Both the position numbers and the translations under genes were made by a program. Below, piece by piece: positions 57,062-64,000 of a DNA stretch of 64,000 bases (positions within the stretch are counted from its first letter, which is position 1; every line of letters starts with the position of its first letter). The notes below the pieces were generated by a model. That model searched no databases. It saw only the letters and a list, made by a program, of their open reading frames with translations, and had not been told where the DNA came from. This DNA comes from Octopus vulgaris (lineage: Eukaryota): NCBI GenBank assembly GCA_951406725.2, contig OX597827.1:1426001-1490000 (forward strand). The letters run 5' to 3'.

Positions 57062-57294
57062 AGGGCACCAAAATACTGGCTTGCTAGAAATAGGAGTAAA
57101 CACCCCAAAATCCAAAATTTCTCACTATTAAGAAACACGCACAGTGAATGCAGTGAATATAATAAAAATAAGCCTTACCTTTGCATAAACCACAAAATAT
57201 TCATTTTATTAAACTTTGCATATTTCTTAATAGTGAAAAGTTTGTTGTTTTGGAGTATTGACTTATTTCTAGCAAGCTGGTATTTCAGTACCCT
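57062..57294. mobile_element. Palindromic MITE with ~80-bp diverged arms
   Basis: AGGGCACCAAAATACTGGCTTGCTAGAAATA..TCACTATTAAGAAA versus TTTCTTAATAGTGA..TATTTCTAGCAAGCTGGTATTTCAGTACCCT. Confidence 0.7.
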
Positions 57295-57309
57295 GGAAGC
57301 AAGGTCTAA

Positions 57310-58742
57310 AATTGAAGGGCTTTAGATTAACCTAGCAAATCGCAAGGTCATAGTAAGTAGGAAGGCAGACAAATCACAAGTCCCTCCATGAAGATGGCCC
57401 TGCTCAATCTGTAGAAAAGGTGTAGGTAGTAGCCCTGTAAGATGCACCCAATGTAAGCTTTGGACACATAAATGGTGCAGCAATATCAGAGGAAGGTTAA
57501 CAGGGAAAATAGCTCTTGTGTATGGTAGATGCACAGGTTCAATAAACACCGAAAATATACAGGAAATAGACTCCAGCAACTACTATGGGGGTGAGCTAGA
57601 GGTAGTAGATATCTTCCGTTATCTAGGTATCAAGTTAGTTGTGGAGGTAGATGATCTGAAAGCATAGCTGTCAAAATAAGATTAGGCTAGGCAAAGTTTA
57701 GAGAGCTCTTGCCTTTGCTGGCAACAAAGGGCCTCTCTCTCAGAGTGAAAGGCAGATTGTATGATATCTGTGTGTGAACAGCTATGCTACATGGCAGTGA
57801 AACATAGGCTGTGACAGCCAAGGACATGTGTAAGCTTGAAAGAAATGAAGCTAGTATGCTTCGCTTGATGTGCAATGTCAGTATGCATGTTTGAAAGAGT
57901 GTAAGCATCTCAAGAGAAAAGTTAGGCATAAGAGGCATCAGATGTGGTGTGCAAGAGAGACAAATGCGTTGGTATGGCCATATGATACATATGGATGAGA
58001 ACAGCTGTGTAAAGAAGGACTGATCCCTAACTGTGGAGAGAACCTGTGGTAGAGGTAGACTCAGAAAGACATGGGATGAGGTGTCGAAGCATGATCTCTG
58101 AACTTTGAGCCTCATAGAGGCAATGACTTGTGACCGAGACCTTTGACGACATGCTGTGCTTGAGATGACCCGTCAAGCCAAGTGAAATCGTAGTCATGGC
58201 TGATGCTGGTGTCACATAATTGGCACCCATGCAGGTGGCACATAAAAAGCACCCTTTGAACATTGAGCCTCATGGCGGCAAAGTGGTCGAACTCTTTTCG
58301 AGTGTTAGGCCCCATAAAGACATTGAGCGAGATCTTTGGCATTATGTTGTGCTAAAGATGAAGATCCATCAAGGCAAGAAAAATCACAGTTATGGCAGAT
58401 ACTGGTTGTATGTGAAAGCATCTTTCAAGTGTTGGATCTCACAGAGGCAAGGACTGAGACCATTTGACATTTTGCCATGCTTGAGAAGAAGACCCATCAA
58501 GGCAAGTAAAACCATAGACGTGGCAGATACCAGTGTCATGCAAATGGCACCTATGCTGGCGGCATGTTAAAGCACCCATTACATTCTCTAAGTGGTTGGC
58601 ATTAGGAAGGGCATCCAGCTGTAGAGAACATTTCAAAGCAGACTGGAGCCTGGTGCAGCCTTCCAGCTTGCCAGCCCTGATCAAACTGTCCAACCTATGC
58701 CAGCATGGACAATGGACGTTACATGATGATGATGATGATGAT
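57310..58742 (+). mobile_element. RTE-clade LINE 3' portion (decayed ORF2 with PHD-type finger, 3' UTR, (GAT)n tail)
   Basis: WPCSICRKGVGSSPVRCTQCKLWTHKWCS; LEVVDIFRYLG; KFRELLPLL; MLHGSET; MRWYGH; GRGRLRKTWDEV; multiple stops; family D tail. Confidence 0.9.
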
Positions 58743-58763
58743 CAGCATCATCCTTTTATATAC

Positions 58764-58810
<47 letters not shown>

Positions 58811-58817
58811 ATATATA

Positions 58818-59321
58818 CAGGTTGTTGTCGACTTACAACTACAATTGTTTCCGACTGACTGGTTGTAAATTGATTTGGTCAAAAGTCGATTTGGTTGTAA
58901 GTTGGCCTATAGCTTTGCTTTATATTTTAACATACAAAGCTTTGTTTTGTATTTTTACATTCTTAGGCTACATTATTGGGAAAGAGTCACGCACAGCATT
59001 CTCTATTATACTATTATTCTGGCGTTAGTAAAAGATTTCAGAGTTTCAAGCAGTCATCTTATAAACAAACATGAGGTTGCCTTGATGTCTCTGCCACAGA
59101 ATATTCATCCAACACTTGGGATAACTACAGTGGTGATCAATAACCAAATCAAGGGGGAGCGTTTGTTAGCTGACATCATCCATAGATGGGTTAATTTCTA
59201 AAAAATTAAACCCATTAGATTTCAACTGAACTATTTATTATTACTGCCAGGAGCTGGCATGCCAATCGTCTTAAAGTTGATCAGTTGTATTTTGAATAGG
59301 TCATAAGTCGACGATGACCTG
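58818..59321. mobile_element. Tigger/pogo-like MITE
   Basis: TA|CAGGTTGTTGTCGACTTACAAC ... GTCATAAGTCGACGATGACCTG|TA. Confidence 0.8.
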
Positions 59322-59420
59322 TATATATATATGTGTATATATATGTATATATATATATACATGCATGCATATTTATATATACATGAATATGTTTTATTCT
59401 TAAACAAGAAAGTTGTTGAT

Positions 59421-59461
59421 AGTGACTTCAAAGTTTCAGCTAGCTAACCCATCGTCAGACT
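59421..59461 (-). ncRNA. Minimal Penelope-type type I hammerhead, intact core
   Basis: AGT-CTGACGA-TGGGTTAGCTAGCT-GAAA-CTTTGAAG-TC^ACT. Confidence 0.72.
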
Positions 59462-59625
59462 GTGATGCATTAGAGTTAGTCTTGCCTTATACAGTTTTGA
59501 GTTAAAAATCTTCCTTGGGTGCGTGGGTTTTGAGAGGGGTATAAATAGGTTTGTGTGCTTGGTTATTTTGGAGAAATTTTGATAAAATTTTTTGATTATA
59601 TTATTGCTTAGAATTTATTCCTGTA

Positions 59626-60041
59626 TACTCTTTACTCTCTTTTACTCTTTTACTTGTTTCAGTCATTTGACTGCGACCATGCTGGAGCACCGCCTTTAGT
59701 TGAATCAAATCGACACCAGGACTTATTCTTTGTAAGCCTAGTACTTATTCTATTGGTCTGTTTTGCCGAACTGCTAAGTTACGGGGACATAAACACACCA
59801 GCATTGGTTGTCAAGCGATGATGGTGGGGACAAACACAGACACACAAGATATACACATACATACACATATATATACATATATATGACGGGCATCTTTCAG
59901 TTTCCATCTACCAAATCCACTCACAAGGCTTTGGTCAGCCCAAGGCTGTAATAGAAGACACTTGCCCAAGGTGCCGTGCAGTGGGACTGAACCCGAAACC
60001 ATGTGGTTGGCAAGCAAGCTACTTACCACACAACCACTCCT
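59626..60041 (-). mobile_element. SINE family A, full copy (CpG-decayed)
   Basis: Homology to family A; lies between the inverted hammerhead-bearing repeats. Confidence 0.9.
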
Positions 60042-60144
60042 GAACTTTCTAACCTAATTACCATTCCAATCAAACCTACACACCCAGAGACGATTTCAGT
60101 TCAGCAAAGATTATCTAAAGTCAAGACTAACTCCAGTGCATCAC

Positions 60145-60185
60145 AGTCTGATGATGGGCCAGCTGTCTGAAACTTCGAAGTCAAC
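60145..60185 (+). ncRNA. Second Penelope-type hammerhead copy (helix I 3' strand deleted)
   Basis: AGT-CTGATGA-TGGGCCAGCTGTCT-GAAA-CTTCGAAG-TC; within an inverted repeat of 59392-59490. Confidence 0.65.
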
Positions 60186-60285
60186 AACATTCTTATTTAA
60201 GGATAATAAATTTGTACTCTACAAAATTATAAAGTAACCCATCAAATTAATGTAATATTGTGTTTTATAGTAACTAAACAGATAC

Positions 60286-60325
<40 letters not shown>

Positions 60326-60340
60326 TCTTGATATGTATAC

Positions 60341-60503
60341 AGGTATGGCAATGTGATAAGGAGCTTGCTTCTCAACCACATTGTTCTGCATTCAGTCCCA
60401 CTGCATGGCACCAACACACTTCCTACTATAGCCTCAGGACGACCAAAGCCTTGTGAGTAGATTTGGTAGATGGAAACTGAAAGAAACCTGTTGTATATAT
60501 GTA

Positions 60504-60540
<37 letters not shown>

Positions 60541-60775
60541 GTGTGTGTGTGTGTCTTTGTGTCTGTGTTTGTCCCCCACGACCACTTGAAAACTGGTGTT
60601 GGTATGTTTACATCCCTATAACTTACATCCCTATAACTTAGTGGTTTGGCAAAAATGACCAATCAAATAAGATTTTCAAAAATAAACACTAAGGTTGAAT
60701 TGTTCCACTAAAATTCTTCAAAGCAGAGCTCCAGCATGGTCATGGTCTGATGACAAACAAATAAAATATGAAACA
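60341..60775 (+). mobile_element. SINE family A, diverged copy
   Basis: Homology to family A. Confidence 0.8.
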
Positions 60776-60779
60776 AAAG

Positions 60780-60817
<38 letters not shown>

Positions 60818-60919
60818 TATATATATATATATATATAAGTTTTCCAATAATGGTTCTTTTAACATACCCAACTACTTAGCAAAATTATTAATTATTAATT
60901 AATTAATTAATTATACCCT

Positions 60920-61066
60920 TTGAAGGACATCTAGCTGTAAAAACCCTGCTAAAACAGACAGTGAAGCTTGGTGCAGTCTTTTGCCTAGCCAGCCCCTGTC
61001 AAACCATCCAACCCATGACAGCATGGAAAACGGCTGTTAAATGATGATGATGATGATGATGATGAT
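60920..61066 (+). mobile_element. RTE-derived 3' tail (family D)
   Basis: GAAGGACATCTAGCTGTAAAAA..CCAACCCATGACAGCATGG..(GAT)n. Confidence 0.75.
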
Positions 61067-61699
61067 AAATGCATGTGTCTGTTTTTATATCTAGATGGAA
61101 GTGTGTAGGGGTGTGTAAGTGCCCCCTGCAGCACAGACTTTAGCCACATCGCTGCTGTATTGGATCCAGGTATATAAAGGTAAATGGGTTGTTGTGATGT
61201 TGATGCCTTTGTCAAGACCAGTGATGGTGGTGGTAGTGGTGGTGGTAGGGTGTGGATGGTAGGCCTGAATAAAGTGTAAAAGCTTCAACCTTTTCAACTG
61301 ACCCGAGGTCATGCAGATTTTGTTTGCATGAGGAGATTAACTTTGCGCCACACTCTCCACCACTTCCACCACTTCTACCACCTCTGCCAACACCTATACC
61401 ACAGTGTTTACCATGCTTACCTCAATTTAGAAACATATTAAAAGATCAATTGCAAAGCAATTAAAAGCTAATTAGCACATTTGAAAAATAATTAAATACG
61501 TGAAGGAGGATGAGGTGGTAGGGGGGAGTGGAGGAGAGAGGGGTGAAAGAGGAAAATAAGAAAAAACAAAATAAAATAAAAAACATAACAAAAAGAAAAG
61601 GAAAAAAATATGTTGAGATCAAAGGATATAAGTATAAAATACTATAGAATGTGTTGTAATTGTTGCATGTAGCTAGCATGGAGTGTGGCTTGTATGTGT

Positions 61700-61785
61700 A
61701 TATGGGTGTGTATGTGTATATATGCCTGTATTTGTGTGTCTCAGTGATTCTTTTTATTCCTGTTGTTTTGTGAGTATGTATATGT

Positions 61786-61850
<65 letters not shown>

Positions 61851-62009
61851 GTGTGTGTGTGTGTGTATACATACACATATATATATATACACACACACAC
61901 ATATATATATACACATACACACACACACATATATATATATACACACACAAATATATATACACATACATATATACATCAAGATGCATGTGTGTGTGTATAT
62001 ATATGTCTA

Positions 62010-62048
<39 letters not shown>

Positions 62049-62130
62049 GTCTATATATGTATATATATATATATATAAATATATGCATATGTATATATAT
62101 ACATATATATATATCTAATGTCTGTATGTA
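61700..62130. repeat. (TA)n/(CA)n compound microsatellite
   Basis: Directly visible. Confidence 0.95.
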
Positions 62131-62547
62131 TATACTTCTTCCCAGTAAACAGTTTAAATTGCTATTGATTGCTGAGATTAACACCACCATTGTTTGGCAA
62201 TAGCTTTATTTGTATTGTTTATTGTTGTTTTAAATACATGTTTTCTGTATTCCTCCCCCTACCCCCTTACCCGCTTCTCTCTGCACCCCCCCCACCTCCC
62301 GGCAGCACATTGAGACTTAAAACTCCTTTGTCGTGTGTCTATAACTATGTTGCAGTGTTTTGCTTTGTTTCCCTTAGCATGCTTTGAGCTCCCAGTTTAT
62401 AAGGGGTGGGGTGAGAGCAAGTGGGAAGAGCAAGTGTGAAAGGGAGAGAAAGAGAGAGAGAGACAAAGAGGGAAAATGCCTGTGAAATTCAGAATATATA
62501 TATAGGTTTTTCTTTAAAGAACATCATCATCATCGTCATCGTCATCG

Positions 62548-62587
<40 letters not shown>

Positions 62588-62619
62588 TATAATTATTATT
62601 ATTATTATTATAATTATTA

Positions 62620-62845
62620 AGGCAGCAAGCTGGCAGAGTCATTAGCACACTGGATGAAACGCTTAGTAGTATTTTGTCCATCTTTACGTTCTGAGTTCAA
62701 ATTCCGCCAATGTTGACTTTGCCTTTCATCCTTTCAGGGTTGATTAAATAAGTACCAGTTATGCACTGGGGTTGATGTAATCAACTTAATCCCTCCCTCC
62801 AAATATGAGGCCTTGTGCTTCTAGTAGAAAGGCTTATTATTATTA

Positions 62846-62885
<40 letters not shown>

Positions 62886-63330
62886 CATTATTATGGTGGA
62901 GAGCTGGTAGAATCATTAGCACAGCAGACAAAATGCTTAGTTGCATTTCAGCCAGCCATCTATACATTTTGTGTTCAAATTCCACCAAGGTCAACTTGCC
63001 TTTCATCTTTCAGGGTCAATTAAATAAGTACCTGTTGAACACTGGGGACAGTGTAATCAACTCACCCCTACTCCAAAATTATTGGCCTTGTGCCAAAATT
63101 TGAAACCATTATTATTATTATTTGTATTATTGTCTTTTAGGCTGGTACAATCATTAGCAAGCTGGGAAAAATGCTTAGTGCTATTTTGTCTGTCTTTACA
63201 TTCTGAGTTCAAATTGTCCCAAGTTCAACATTTACCTTCTATCTTTTTGGGGTCAATAAAATAAGTACCAATTGGATCAATGAAATCAACTAGTTCTTTC
63301 CCTGAAAAATTTTAGGCCTTGAGAAATTGA
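62620..63330 (+). mobile_element. Three head-to-tail family B SINEs separated by (ATT)n
   Basis: Units at ~62620, ~62893 and ~63135, each with GTTCAAATT..CCTTTCATC..AATAAGTACC-type motifs. Confidence 0.82.
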
Positions 63331-63344
63331 AATCAAATTCGATG

Positions 63345-63805
63345 ACTGTCATCCGTGTTAGTGGAGTGCTAAGAACACCATCTGAGCATGATTATTGCCA
63401 GAGCAGCTAACTGGCTTCCGTGCCAGTGGCACATAAAAAGCACCATTCGAGTGTGATCATTACCAGCATTGCCTTACTGGCACTTGTGTTGGTGGCACGT
63501 TAAAAAACATTCAAGCAAGGTCATTGCCAGTACTGCTGGACTGGCTCTGTGCTGGTGGCATGTAAAAAAAAACATTTGAGCATGGCCATTGCCAGTACCG
63601 CCTGACTGGCCCCCGTGCCGGTAACATGTAAAAGCACCCACTACACCCTCAGAGTGACTGGTATTAGGAAGGGCATCCAGCTGTAGAAACTCTGCCAGAT
63701 CAAGATTAGAGCCTGGTGCAGCCATCTGGTTTGCCAGTCCTCAGTCAAATCGTCCAACCCATGCTAGCATGGAAAGCAGACGTTAAACGATGATGATGAC
63801 GATGA
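63345..63805 (+). mobile_element. RTE-derived 3' tail (family D) with tandem hairpin units
   Basis: Four GTGCC.GTGGCAC..AAAA-like units followed by the family D terminus and (GAT)n. Confidence 0.85.
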
Positions 63806-64000
63806 GTCCTTAGTAGAAAGAATTATTATTATAATTAGATTAGCACACTGGACAAAATGCTTAGCATTATTTCGTCCATCTTTACGTTCTGCATTCTAAT
63901 TCATATCAATGTTGATGTGACTGGTGTGTTTGATGTGTCTAATGTTGATGGTATGGTTGGAGTGTCAGATGTGTTTGATATGTATTTGATGTAGTTGATG

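Noticed and set aside
63415-63645. CRISPR-like repeat/spacer periodicity
   Set aside because: Eukaryotic context, the spacers are related to each other, there are no cas genes, and it is part of an RTE 3' UTR.

Overview
This is AT-rich, repeat-saturated eukaryotic DNA. The SINE families and the microsatellite load match what I recognise from octopod (Octopus-type) genomes; that assignment is by pattern recognition, not by search. I can support no intact host protein-coding gene. Nearly all ORF-track entries are translations of microsatellites (TA, CA, TACA, TATC, GA, trinucleotides), and the few real coding remnants are decayed transposon ORFs: RTE, CR1, CRE-like and R4-like LINEs, Penelope GIY-YIG, Tc1, mariner and a Ginger/GIN-type integrase. 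The window also holds three tRNA-derived SINE families, RTE 3' tails, several MITE families (hAT-, Merlin-, mariner-, Tc1-, Tigger- and Kolobok-like) and two or three putative + strand exons. The most interesting signal is RNA structure. A near-canonical Schistosoma-type type I hammerhead ribozyme (4429-4494, minus) sits inside a ~250-nt GC-rich self-complementary element resembling a non-LTR retrozyme. Penelope-type minimal hammerheads lie in inverted pLTR-like repeats (54.2 kb; 59.4 and 60.1 kb), and two RTE copies share a covarying structured 5' head. Also notable are a three-level transposon nest (CRE > Ginger-like > Merlin MITE), a 5'-inverted RTE, and a left-to-right switch in CpG decay suggesting a methylation boundary. 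Coordinates of degenerate elements are approximate.
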